From positions 16,260 to 80,259 of the forward strand of contig DATIHN010000019.1 of the NCBI GenBank assembly GCA_035480635.1: a stretch of 64,000 nt of DNA, written 5' to 3'. This stretch comes from Candidatus Saccharimonadales bacterium. GTDB taxonomy: Bacteria; Patescibacteriota; Saccharimonadia; UBA4664; DATIHN01. Shown here piece after piece: positions 48,836-57,919 of this stretch; the stretch's first letter is position 1, and the number at the start of each line of letters is the position of its first letter. Under the pieces are notes generated by a model. It saw only the letters and a list, made by a program, of their open reading frames with translations. It searched no databases and was not told the DNA's origin. The position numbers and the translations under genes are program-made.

Positions 48836-50188
48836 ATGAGTCATTCCCACAACCCTGAACAGGAGCCGACCGTGAGCACCGGATTTTCTGGTAACCATCT
48901 GGAAGGTGAGCTCGCTCAGGCGAGCTCGGTTGACATCTACAGCGATGATCTACTTCGACCAATTCCGGTCGATCAAGGCGAAAAAGTGTCCGGCTGGAAG
49001 GAAGTTCCTCTTCACGAAAACCACGAGCCGCTGGTCCCGCTGGGACCGTTCACCGATCGTGACGACATCTTCACCAGTTCGGTCTACTACGGCGAACACA
49101 GCAATTCACCCTATGCCCACCCTGACAATCAGCTGGAAGGCGCCTTGGTGACGATGTTCGCCCGCGCCGAAGTGGCAGACAGGCTCCGCAGCGCTCAGCA
49201 GCTGCTGCCGGAGGGCCACCACTTGATCGTGCTGGATAGCTATCGGACGCTAGATGTTCAGCAGGCCCTCTACGACCACTACTTCAATGCCCTCAAGGCC
49301 ATTCACCCAGATTGGGACGAACAGTCTTTGAGCGCTGAGACCCAGCGCTATGTGTCGCTGCCTTCGCAGGACCAGACTAGGCCGTCGCCACACAACACTG
49401 GGGGCTCTGTTGACTTGGCCATTTACAGGCTGCCGGCTGAGGCCGACCAGCGGGTAGCGGATATCGATCTGCGTTTGTTGGAACTGCGCGAGCAGGCTCC
49501 CAAGGATCCCAGCCCGGCGGAAGAAGCCAGCGACCCCATCTTGCGCGAACTCTATTTGCTCGAGATGGAAAAGATTGGACTAGTTCGCCGGCAGGCCGAG
49601 TTCCTGAACTTTGGCACTCAGTTCGACCACGGTGGCATCGAAGCCCAGCTTGACTACTTCGAATGGTTGGCGGGCGGCCGAGCTCTGCGTCCCAGCGAAG
49701 TTGAAAGCTTGGCCGAGGGCAAGCTCAGCCAAGAGATGGCCGACTTCATACAGAGCGGATTAGCTCGACCGCTGACCGCCCAGGAAACCGAAGCCAGAGA
49801 CAACCGGCGGATGCTCTACAATGCCATGATCGGCGCGGGCATGCAGCCATATCTCGATGAGTGGTGGCACTACAATTCCCCCAAGTCGCAGATGGGCGCC
49901 AAAGTTGCTGGGCTAGATCACGCCGAATACGGTGGCGTCGAGCTGGACGAGCCCCAACTCAAGCATGAAAAGATGCGGGCAGCTCATCGCTCGGGCTTGG
50001 TTCGGATCCAAGAGCGCATGCTTCAGGGGTTGGACAACTACCACTTGGCTGGCAAACTCGATCTGACGGACCCGACCTACCAAGAACTGATCCGCCTCAA
50101 CGAGCGGGCTTTGAGTCAAACTGGTGATCCCCGTCTGACTTATCTGCCCAAGGCCGTCATCATCGAGCCCCAGTCCGAGGCTGCTTAA
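48836..50188 (+). CDS. D-Ala-D-Ala dipeptidase-like (VanX/DdpX, peptidase M15D) with long N-terminal extension and internal insertion
   Basis: 'SYRTLDVQ', 'SPHNTGGSVDL' and 'EWWHY' match the VanX zinc and catalytic motifs, but spaced about 155 aa apart instead of about 60. Confidence 0.55.
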   Translation: MSHSHNPEQEPTVSTGFSGNHLEGELAQASSVDIYSDDLLRPIPVDQGEKVSGWKEVPLHENHEPLVPLGPFTDRDDIFTSSVYYGEHSNSPYAHPDNQLEGALVTMFARAEVADRLRSAQQLLPEGHHLIVLDSYRTLDVQQALYDHYFNALKAIHPDWDEQSLSAETQRYVSLPSQDQTRPSPHNTGGSVDLAIYRLPAEADQRVADIDLRLLELREQAPKDPSPAEEASDPILRELYLLEMEKIGLVRRQAEFLNFGTQFDHGGIEAQLDYFEWLAGGRALRPSEVESLAEGKLSQEMADFIQSGLARPLTAQETEARDNRRMLYNAMIGAGMQPYLDEWWHYNSPKSQMGAKVAGLDHAEYGGVELDEPQLKHEKMRAAHRSGLVRIQERMLQGLDNYHLAGKLDLTDPTYQELIRLNERALSQTGDPRLTYLPKAVIIEPQSEAA

Positions 50189-50236
50189 CTAGAGCCGTTT
50201 GTTTAGCGATCCATAAGAGTCGCATGCAAGCGGCTC

Positions 50237-53086
50237 TTATGCTTTTTGTAAACGCCTTTGATAAACTGATCGCCCGATTGCAAAGAGGATGCTAGCCAAA
50301 ACAACCAAGAAACCCAAGCCTCCGCTAGCGGTTTTGCCAATCAGAATTGCAAGTCCCAAGGTCGGCACCAGCCAGATAAAGAAGCTCCTGGCCCGAATGT
50401 GCAATCGGAGATATTCCGCACCAAGATAGTAGTAGGGGAAGACGGTTAGAACTAGGAAGGTGCTGGAGAGCAGGCCGAAAATTAATACCACGGCCAAGCC
50501 TTGCCAAAATGGACTAGCTAGCGCCAAAGGAATTAACGATACTACAGCCGTTAAACTGGTGGCAATCAGCGGGCGGAAGCGCTCTTCCAGGGCGGCCACA
50601 GCCGCATCAATCGGATGCATGCCACTGCGTTTGGCTTGGTTCGCAAAATCCGTCAGCAAAATGGTGTTTTTAATACTTAAACCGAGTAAGGCGAAGAAAC
50701 CCAGCAAGGCGAAGAAGCTGATGGCATTATTAGTTAGGTTGAGTCCAAACATGATGCCAAAGAGACTAAAGGGTATGGCCATAAAGATCAGCAGTGGTTG
50801 CAAGAACGATTGGAACTGGAAGGCCAGCAAAACGTAGATAACCATCAATAGGATTGGGAAGGCGAGTAGCAGCGTGTTAAATGAATTTTGGTTTTCCGAT
50901 TCTTGACCCAGATCAAAGCTTAGAGCATCGGACGACAGGCCAAATTGCTGTAATTTAGCGCTATTAAATTCGTTTTTCACAGCCGTTTGAGCCAAATTGA
51001 CTAGGGTGGTAGTGTCACTACCATCAAAGCTGGTCGAAACCGTAATGACTGGCTTGCCTTGGTTGCGCAAAAACTGGTTGGGGTTTGAAACTGTCACATT
51101 GGTAAAGTGAGCGGTTTTGCCGCTGGGGCGTTTCAACTCGGCCGAATTCAGGTAGGCGGCTAATTTCGCGGCTGCGGCAAAGGCCGCTGGGCGGTTGGTG
51201 GCATCAAGCTGGACCACAAAAGCCGCTGAGGGCGGGCCCAAATCGATTTGGGCCACGGCGACTTTGGCGCCCTTGAACTCAGTATCAAAGCGATCTTGCA
51301 AAGCTTTAACAATTTGGGGTGAGGTAATAGCCCGCTTATTGTAAGAAATAATTTGAACTTGCAGGCTGGCCATCTGGGGGCTGCCGCTATTGTAGTAGGA
51401 GGCATTCACAAAATTAGGCCCAATTACATCGGCTGCCAATTTATCGGCCTGATCGGCGATGGCCGCGGCTTGCTCGATGCTAGTATCGGTCGGGTAGTTC
51501 AGACTCAGAGCCACGCCATTAGTATCTTTGGTCGGTGGGAAAATGTTAAAGACGACGTTTTTGGCAATGAAAATGCCAGCCGCAATAAACAAAAAGCCAA
51601 CCACAATGGCCGTAATACCGACGAAGAAGAGGCGCTTGATCGAACGCCTAGCCCATAGCATCGGCCGAGCAATGAAAGCAGCAAAGCGAGCCTCAAAACC
51701 AGCTGCCACTTCCTTTACGCCATGTGACCCCATTTGTTTTTTACCGAGCAAAAGGAATCGGGCAAAGAAGGGGATAAAGATTAGCGCTACGATCAAACTA
51801 ATAATCAGTGAGGCAATAATGGTGACAGGGATGGCTTTGATAAAGCTTCCCAAAATACCGCCGACGAATAGCAGGGGCGCGAAGCTTAGTGCAGCCGTGG
51901 CGGTTGCTGCCACCATGGCTCGGCTAATTTTGCCGGTAGCTTGTTTGACGGCTTCTCGTCGATCGGTCATTTTGCGCCTAGCCGCATCGATGGCCTCAAC
52001 CATAATAATGGTGTCATCAACAATTAGGGCCAGGCCCAAAATCAGGGCAAACAAAGTGATGACGTTTAGAGTGTAGCCAATCACATAGAGGAAACCGAGC
52101 GAGGCTAGGACCACCGTGACCATCGAAATAACAGTGATAATCGAGGCTCGAATGGCAATCACGATCGAACCAACCACCAGTACTGCAATCAGACCTTCCA
52201 GTAAAACTCGCTGCAATTCGCTTAAATTATCGCGGATGCTGGGTGCTAGGCTGGCGCTAACTTCGGCCGAGTAACCCTGAAATTGAGGTTGTTTTTGGAG
52301 TTCAACCACAGCTGCTCGAACTTGTTTATCAAGTTTTAGAACGTCGACATGATCGGCTCCGGCCACGCCAATGATGACAGAGTTATAGAACTTGGTGTCT
52401 CCACCGGTGCGGATCCCAAAGCGATCAAAACTGTGTTGAACCGAAACGGCTTGGCCGGTGGCTGGATCTTGAACATTCTCAAACGGGCTTTTTACGAACA
52501 CCGTTTTGACATTTGAAAGCTTGCGGTCGTTTAGCCACTGAGCGGCGGCCTCAGCCTTGGCCGCTAAATCGGCTGTGCTAGTCGAACTATTGGTGGCGTA
52601 GAAAGAAATAGCTTCATCAATTTGTTGCGTATCGCCGCCGGTGGCTCCAAAGAATGGCACGTCGTAGCGAATTTGAGCGCTGGGCGGCAAGTTAGCATTG
52701 CTTTTAACGGCTTGTTCTAAGTCTTTGGCGGCCTTTTTGGCATCAACATTTTCTTTATACTGGATGACGACGTTAAAGAAATTGTCGGAACTCTGGGATT
52801 GGACTTTATCGACATCGGCTTGCTTGGTGGCAATATCGGTGATCGGTTTAGTAACCTGATTATCGACAGCCGCCGGATCGTTGGCAAAATAGGTGCCAGA
52901 GACGATTGCCAGTGGGATATTAACACTTGGGAAACCTTCGCGCCTCAGCAGCGTCGTGTAACTAGTTGCACCAAAAATAATTAAGACCAACCACAGCAGG
53001 CCCGTAATTTTGGGTCGGTCGAAGAAAAAGGTTGTCAGCCTGGGTAGTAACTTTGTTTTAGAGGGGTCAGACGATTGTTTCGGCAT
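50237..53086 (-). CDS. RND superfamily transporter (AcrB/MMPL-like permease)
   Basis: 949 aa with a 12-TM, two-large-periplasmic-loop architecture. Confidence 0.7.
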   Translation of the reverse strand: MPKQSSDPSKTKLLPRLTTFFFDRPKITGLLWLVLIIFGATSYTTLLRREGFPSVNIPLAIVSGTYFANDPAAVDNQVTKPITDIATKQADVDKVQSQSSDNFFNVVIQYKENVDAKKAAKDLEQAVKSNANLPPSAQIRYDVPFFGATGGDTQQIDEAISFYATNSSTSTADLAAKAEAAAQWLNDRKLSNVKTVFVKSPFENVQDPATGQAVSVQHSFDRFGIRTGGDTKFYNSVIIGVAGADHVDVLKLDKQVRAAVVELQKQPQFQGYSAEVSASLAPSIRDNLSELQRVLLEGLIAVLVVGSIVIAIRASIITVISMVTVVLASLGFLYVIGYTLNVITLFALILGLALIVDDTIIMVEAIDAARRKMTDRREAVKQATGKISRAMVAATATAALSFAPLLFVGGILGSFIKAIPVTIIASLIISLIVALIFIPFFARFLLLGKKQMGSHGVKEVAAGFEARFAAFIARPMLWARRSIKRLFFVGITAIVVGFLFIAAGIFIAKNVVFNIFPPTKDTNGVALSLNYPTDTSIEQAAAIADQADKLAADVIGPNFVNASYYNSGSPQMASLQVQIISYNKRAITSPQIVKALQDRFDTEFKGAKVAVAQIDLGPPSAAFVVQLDATNRPAAFAAAAKLAAYLNSAELKRPSGKTAHFTNVTVSNPNQFLRNQGKPVITVSTSFDGSDTTTLVNLAQTAVKNEFNSAKLQQFGLSSDALSFDLGQESENQNSFNTLLLAFPILLMVIYVLLAFQFQSFLQPLLIFMAIPFSLFGIMFGLNLTNNAISFFALLGFFALLGLSIKNTILLTDFANQAKRSGMHPIDAAVAALEERFRPLIATSLTAVVSLIPLALASPFWQGLAVVLIFGLLSSTFLVLTVFPYYYLGAEYLRLHIRARSFFIWLVPTLGLAILIGKTASGGLGFLVVLASILFAIGRSVYQRRLQKA

Positions 53087-53151
53087 TGGGTGATTGATCC
53101 TTAATCATTCCATCGTAACAAAACAAGCTACTTGCTGGAATGATATTTTTG

Positions 53152-53376
53152 CTATTTCGACTTGGATGGCTGCCGGTAGGCTAAAAAGTAATAAATTAAA
53201 GCCCCGATAAAATGGGTTAGGACGATAACTATGACCCAAACTAGTTTGTTCGGATCATCGCTTTGGATGACATGAATCAGCATCCAGATCCAAAAGACCC
53301 AGACGGTAATAACCAAGGCCAGAATAATTAAAGGGATAAAAATTAATAGTAGCGCCATATGACAATTGTAACCCAT
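53152..53376 (-). CDS. Small membrane protein with PLD-nuclease N-terminal-like (PLDc_N) domain
   Basis: 'WVIVIVLTHFIGALIYYFLAYR' resembles the PLDc_N motif. 74 aa. Confidence 0.4.
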   Translation of the reverse strand: MGYNCHMALLLIFIPLIILALVITVWVFWIWMLIHVIQSDDPNKLVWVIVIVLTHFIGALIYYFLAYRQPSKSK

Positions 53377-53452
53377 TGGCGCCCTCGGTAGGATTCGAAC
53401 CTACAACCTAAGGGTTAGAACTCCTTTGCTCTATCCATTGAGCTACGAGGGC
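53377..53452 (-). tRNA. tRNA-Arg (anticodon TCT), CCA encoded
   Basis: Reverse-complement: acceptor GCCCTCG/CGAGGGC, anticodon loop GTTCTAA (A31:C39 mismatch), T-loop TTCGAAT, G-CCA. Confidence 0.7.
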
Positions 53453-53453
53453 T

Positions 53454-53528
53454 TGGAGCGGGCAGCGGGGATCGAACCCGCGTCTCCAGCTTGGAAGGCT
53501 AGCATAATAGCCACTATACGATGCCCGC
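53454..53528 (-). tRNA. tRNA-Gly (anticodon TCC), CCA encoded
   Basis: Reverse-complement is nearly identical to the E. coli glyT sequence 'GCGGGCATCGTATA.TGGCTATTA...GCCTTCCAAGC...CGGGTTCGAT.CCCGCTGCCCGCTCCA'. Confidence 0.9.
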
Positions 53529-53659
53529 ACGTCGCAGCGACACTTCCAGCTTTCGCTCCGACGTGTCGTCGGAGTTTCAGCCTTCACATCGCTGCTCCTT
53601 ACCGCATTGTAAACAGCTAACGCTTGGTTTCCAATGCGGGTTTTTTCATACCAATTCAT

Positions 53660-53735
53660 TGGTCGGGGTGAAAGGACTCGAACCTTCGACCTCCTGCTCC
53701 CAAAGCAGGCGCGCTACCAGCTGCGCCACACCCCG
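53660..53735 (-). tRNA. tRNA-Pro (anticodon TGG), C1:G72, CCA encoded
   Basis: Reverse-complement: acceptor CGGGGTG/CACCCCG, anticodon loop TTTGGGA, T-loop TTCGAGT, A-CCA. Confidence 0.85.
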
Positions 53736-53788
53736 CCTTCGTTGCACTACGGCGGGCAAGCCCGCAGCGCCATACTAAGGACCAACCC

Positions 53789-53817
53789 ATTCTACAGGGT
53801 GTTGACATTTTTTTCAA
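53789..53817 (-). promoter_or_regulatory. Putative promoter of the tRNA Pro-Gly-Arg cluster (-35 TTGAAA, 17-nt spacer, -10 TAGAAT)
   Basis: Read on the reverse complement, about 50 nt upstream of the tRNA-Pro 5' end. Confidence 0.4.
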
Positions 53818-53889
53818 ATAAGGTCTACCTATTGGTTGACTAATCTGAAGTTTAAGTCGTACCTCTCTAGTCAGTTCGGCAACGTCAGA

Positions 53890-53914
53890 CCCCGGAGGCC
53901 ATCGGCCTCCGGGG
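53890..53914. terminator. Hairpin CCCCGGAGGCC-ATC-GGCCTCCGGGG downstream of murA
   Basis: Perfect 11-bp stem. The T-tract is on the plus side only, so its function as a murA terminator is uncertain. Confidence 0.4.
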
Positions 53915-53922
53915 ATTTTAAT

Positions 53923-55245
53923 TTAGGTCAAATTAAATTTGGCACCGACGCTGGCTAATTTATCAAACAGATTTTCGTAACCGCGCATCAAATGCCCCAA
54001 GCCGGTAATCTCCGAAGTGCCGCTAGCCACTAGGGCTGCGATGACGTGGGCCATGCCAGCGCGCAAATCGGGGATAACTATTTTAGTTGAATGCAGCGGC
54101 GTTGGACCAGTAATAATAGCTGAATGCTTAAAGCCCTTACCTTTATAACGACAGGGCAAATTGCCCAAGCAATCGGTCGTGACTTGAATGTTGGCACCCA
54201 TTTCGATCAAAGTTTCAACGTAACCAAAGCGTGATTCGTGAACCGTTTCGTGGACTGTGGAGCGACCGTTGGCCTGAGTTAATAGCACCACCATCGGTTG
54301 CTGCCAATCAGTCGCAAAACCGGGGTGGGGATCGGTTTCGATTTCGACCCCGACTAACGGTCCCCCATTACGCTTAAATCGAATGGCGTCATCTTCAATA
54401 ATGTAATCGGCGCCAATGCGGCGTAGTGTGTTCAAGAAAGTGATCATATCGTCTTGGCGAGCGCCGTGGACCAAAATATCGCCACCGCTGGCAATGGCCA
54501 ATAGGGCGTACGAAGCGGCTTCCAGGCGATCGGGCATGACGGAATATTCGATGCCGCGGAGCTTATTAACCCCATCGATAATAATCATCCGGTTGGCCCT
54601 AAATTCGATAATTGCGCCCATTTGCTGGAGCATTTTGATCAGATCAACAATTTCCGGTTCGATCGCGGCATTGGTGATAGTGGTTCGGCCGTCGGCTAGT
54701 ACGCCGGCCAGCAGAGCGTTTTCAGTAGCCATCACGCTGGGGTAGGGTAAATTAACGCTAACACCTTTGAGCCGCCCGGCTTTAGCCGCATAGCGCCCGT
54801 CCGATTCTGTGATGTCAGCGCCCATTTTGCGCAGTAGCTGAAGGTGGAAATCAACCGGCCGGGGCCCAATTTTATCACCAGTCACAGTCGGCAAATCGGC
54901 TTGGCCAAGGCGGTGGAGCAGAGGCGAAAGGGCCAGCACCGATAGCCGGTTGGGGATGGTGGGCTTGGCCACCGGGGCAAAAACCAGATTAGCCGCGTTT
55001 ATGCGAACGCTGTGATCACCGAATTCGACTTTGCCACCAACGGCTTCGATCATTTCGCCAGCAACGATGACGTCATCGATCATCGGGCAGTTGGTCAAAA
55101 TAACCTCTTCTCTAGTCAGAAGAGCCGCTATCATCATTTTGGTAGCGGCGTTTTTGGCACCACTAACAACAACCTCGCCAACCAGCGGTTGGCCGCCGGT
55201 GACGATCAATTTAGTCTGTTGGTTAACCTTTAGAGCGGTAGGCAT
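53923..55245 (-). CDS. murA: UDP-N-acetylglucosamine 1-carboxyvinyltransferase MurA
   Basis: 'KLIVTGGQPLVGEVVVSGAKNAA' and the catalytic Cys context 'PGFATDWQ'. 440 aa. Confidence 0.95.
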   Translation of the reverse strand: MPTALKVNQQTKLIVTGGQPLVGEVVVSGAKNAATKMMIAALLTREEVILTNCPMIDDVIVAGEMIEAVGGKVEFGDHSVRINAANLVFAPVAKPTIPNRLSVLALSPLLHRLGQADLPTVTGDKIGPRPVDFHLQLLRKMGADITESDGRYAAKAGRLKGVSVNLPYPSVMATENALLAGVLADGRTTITNAAIEPEIVDLIKMLQQMGAIIEFRANRMIIIDGVNKLRGIEYSVMPDRLEAASYALLAIASGGDILVHGARQDDMITFLNTLRRIGADYIIEDDAIRFKRNGGPLVGVEIETDPHPGFATDWQQPMVVLLTQANGRSTVHETVHESRFGYVETLIEMGANIQVTTDCLGNLPCRYKGKGFKHSAIITGPTPLHSTKIVIPDLRAGMAHVIAALVASGTSEITGLGHLMRGYENLFDKLASVGAKFNLT

Positions 55246-55287
55246 CGATGAAGTAGTATAGCCAATTTGCGATCAAGTGGCTAGTAG

Positions 55288-55773
55288 CTACGACGGCGCC
55301 GAAACTGTCTCAACCTCGATAATTTTACTGACTTTGCCTAGCTCTGTCTCAGAGAATGGCGCAATAAAGACCAAAACGAAACCATCAGGATCGCGCAGAG
55401 CTACCTCTATGGAATTCCAATAATAATGCCGAACTGGAAATTTAATACGGTCCCGGTATTCTTGAATCACAGGGACTATCGATTCTACTTTGATCATGGC
55501 CGAGATTTTGCCTGATGTGATTTTCTCTTGGAAAACATTGGGCTTAGCGGCAATGTGGCCGTCAGCAATCTCAAGCTCAGCTCCATTGGCCAAACGATAC
55601 GTCACACCTTGATACTTTTCTGGGGCGGATGGACAGCCTTTTGGCAAAGTCTTTCGGAAATCGTCTGAGCCGTAACCAAAAATTGGTGAAAAGCCAAGTG
55701 CTTCATAAAATTTTCTAGATGCTGTAATGTCTTTAACTTTGATGTGAATGCCGATCCCGGTGAACTTGAGCAT
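55288..55773 (-). CDS. VOC/glyoxalase-like protein
   Basis: 'GIHIKVKDITASRKFYEALGF' N-terminal VOC module. Confidence 0.55.
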   Translation of the reverse strand: MLKFTGIGIHIKVKDITASRKFYEALGFSPIFGYGSDDFRKTLPKGCPSAPEKYQGVTYRLANGAELEIADGHIAAKPNVFQEKITSGKISAMIKVESIVPVIQEYRDRIKFPVRHYYWNSIEVALRDPDGFVLVFIAPFSETELGKVSKIIEVETVSAPS

Positions 55774-55824
55774 AGTGTGGTTCCTTTAAAACCATTCTAA
55801 CAGAGTAGGGTACAATTTGAACGG

Positions 55825-55900
55825 GCGCCTGTAGCTCAGTGGATAGAGCACCAGCTTCCGGAGCTGGGTGTCGGGGGTTCGAATCCCTTCAGGCGCGCCA
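55825..55900 (+). tRNA. tRNA-Arg (anticodon CCG), CCA encoded
   Basis: Acceptor GCGCCTG/CAGGCGC, anticodon loop TTCCGGA, T-loop TTCGAAT, G-CCA. Confidence 0.85.
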
Positions 55901-56051
55901 TGGTTCGACCAGCTCACCATTGGCGTGAGCTTGGCGGACCAAGTTCGACCAGGTGGGATGAGAACCCTAGGTTCGGTGGAGCAAAGCGCGCAGACAGATC
56001 AAACTTGTTTGAATTTGGCGAGCACTTTGCGGAGGTGGCTGTAAGCCACCA

Positions 56052-56069
56052 TCCCTTCAGGCGCGCCAG
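56052..56069 (+). repeat. 18-nt direct duplicate of the tRNA-Arg(CCG) 3' end (ATCCCTTCAGGCGCGCCA), 152 bp downstream of the tRNA
   Basis: Exact match to 55883-55900. Confidence 0.6.
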
Positions 56070-56181
56070 TTCGTTTAGACAATTCTAAACCGGACACTTA
56101 ACCATATATAAAATTGACAAAATGAAAGAGTAATGTTAATGTTTCCGTCAGTCAACGCTCAAGTACCACGGAGGTGGTCAG

Positions 56182-56685
56182 ATGTTGAAGGACAAGACAA
56201 AAGGGTTCCCGGATGGATCAGTCAAGGACTGTGTCCGTTACGACGGCCCTCTCAAGGATTGGATCGCTGCTGAGGAGGACTTCCTTGCCAGCGTCCAACG
56301 TGATTTCCAGCTCTATGGCTTCGACCACGAGTCGATGTTCGTACCTGCGATCTTCCCGATGATCGGCGCCGTGCAGACGAAGTTCATCCACGGCCCCGAC
56401 TTCTTCGGACCCAGCATCTTCGTCGAGTATGACAACCCGGAAGGCACGGAGTACAGCCACCACAGTGGATGGCGTCTGCTCAAAGACGCTGACCGGCCCG
56501 GTGGCATCGTGATCCTGTCCGTCTCCAACCCGAACACCAGAGGCATCGACATCCTCATCGAGGGTGAGCCAGGCGAGGAGTGGATCCAGGAAGTCATCAA
56601 GACCTACTACACAGCTCGTCGAACGGCCGCGGTCGTGCAATCCCGCGTTCGAGCTTCGGCACAATCCGGCTGCGCTCTCCGCTGA
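56182..56685 (+). CDS. Hypothetical protein (167 aa), GC-rich orphan
   Basis: Strong RBS GGAGGTG 5 nt upstream. Confidence 0.4.
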   Translation: MLKDKTKGFPDGSVKDCVRYDGPLKDWIAAEEDFLASVQRDFQLYGFDHESMFVPAIFPMIGAVQTKFIHGPDFFGPSIFVEYDNPEGTEYSHHSGWRLLKDADRPGGIVILSVSNPNTRGIDILIEGEPGEEWIQEVIKTYYTARRTAAVVQSRVRASAQSGCALR

Positions 56686-56827
56686 GATTGCACCCAACCC
56701 CCGGTGGCTTCGCTCCATTATCATGATGGGTGTGGAGCTACCGGGGGCTTTGCATTTATCAATCATAAGTTTAGACGTTTACTTTTGCCCTTGGCAAGGC
56801 TACTATAACAGCATAAGCAAAGGCATT

Positions 56828-57556
56828 ATGATGGATTTGAGTCCGTTCGGTGAACTGTTTCGCAAAAGCTGGGAATTATATCAAAAGAAATTTAAGACCC
56901 TGGCCATGCTATTGGCTCTGCCCTTTATCGCCAATGTGCTCTCGATTATTGGCCAACATGGCCACAAATCATCTTTCGCGGGCTTTAGTACCTCCATGTT
57001 TGTCGCCGCCGGCGCCGCGGCCCTAATCATTGGCCTGATCTTTGTAGCAATTTCGCTCTGGATCCAAGTGGCCGTTATTTATGCGGTTGACGGTAGCGAA
57101 GACCAACCCGATGTCTCCAAACTCCTAGTGCGCAGTTGGCCGATGGTTTTGCCCATGCTGCTGGTCGCCATCCTAGCTGGGCTGGCTGTGTTGGGTGGAC
57201 TGATTTTGCTAATCGTTCCTGGCATTATTTTTGGGGTCTGGTTCGCCTTTTCTAGTTATACTCTCGTGCTCGAAAACCAACGCGGTACCGAAGCGCTAAA
57301 GGCCAGCAAGGCTTTGGTCAGTGGGCGTTGGGGCACCGTCTTTGGTCGGCTGGTATTACTGTTCTTGGTCCTAATCGGTATCAGTATTGTAACTAGTATT
57401 GTCCTGGTATTTTTGCCAGCCACCCTACGCAGTATTGCTTCAGCCGCCGTTTCAAACTTTGTCATTAGCCCACTGGGCGTCGTCTTTACCTACTTGTTCT
57501 ACAAAGAACTCAAGGGCTCAAGTGCCGGGCTGGCCCAAGCTGAAGTCAGCGTCTAA
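56828..57556 (+). CDS. Hypothetical polytopic membrane protein (DUF975/GP-PDE membrane-domain-like)
   Basis: Start set at the internal 'MMDLSPF'. Six TM helices. Confidence 0.45.
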   Translation: MMDLSPFGELFRKSWELYQKKFKTLAMLLALPFIANVLSIIGQHGHKSSFAGFSTSMFVAAGAAALIIGLIFVAISLWIQVAVIYAVDGSEDQPDVSKLLVRSWPMVLPMLLVAILAGLAVLGGLILLIVPGIIFGVWFAFSSYTLVLENQRGTEALKASKALVSGRWGTVFGRLVLLFLVLIGISIVTSIVLVFLPATLRSIASAAVSNFVISPLGVVFTYLFYKELKGSSAGLAQAEVSV

Positions 57557-57620
57557 TTTGACCTGGCAGTTCTCTGGTGAGACCATAGTGATGCAATTAA
57601 TTTAGAAAGAGGCAATCATT

Positions 57621-57860
57621 ATGTTTGCAACTACCCTTCTAGGTTTCACTCTCAATACGGTTTGGGATATCATCATACTAGTAATCTGGATAGCCATCGC
57701 TTTCTGGCCGGCTCGCGTGGCCGCTCGCAAAGGCCACAGCTTTTTGGGCTATTTCTTACTAAGTTTGCTGTTCTTCCCGTTGTCACTAATCCTGGCCTAC
57801 GTCGTCAGTGATCGCAGTCGACAATCAGGGAGTGCAACACCTCCCCCCGCCGCAGAGTAG
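57621..57860 (+). CDS. Small membrane protein, superinfection-immunity-like (Imm_superinfect-like), tentative
   Basis: 'IAFWPARVAARKGHSFLGYFLLSLLF' resembles the PF14373 core. 79 aa, two TM helices. Confidence 0.3.
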   Translation: MFATTLLGFTLNTVWDIIILVIWIAIAFWPARVAARKGHSFLGYFLLSLLFFPLSLILAYVVSDRSRQSGSATPPPAAE

Positions 57861-57872
57861 TTTTGAAGCGAA

Positions 57873-57903
57873 ATAAAAAAACGGCCCACGGGCCGTTTTT
57901 TTA
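57873..57903. terminator. Bidirectional Rho-independent terminator (A-tract, CGGCC-CACG-GGCCG, T-tract)
   Basis: Read directly, between convergent genes. Confidence 0.7.
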
Positions 57904-57919
57904 TTTCGTCTAAGTTTTG

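Noticed and set aside
53408-53843. ORFs 53408-53659 (-), 53426-53620 (+), 53521-53778 (+) and 53634-53843 (+).
   Set aside because: They lie across the three tRNA genes and their spacer, so they are spurious translations of structured RNA.
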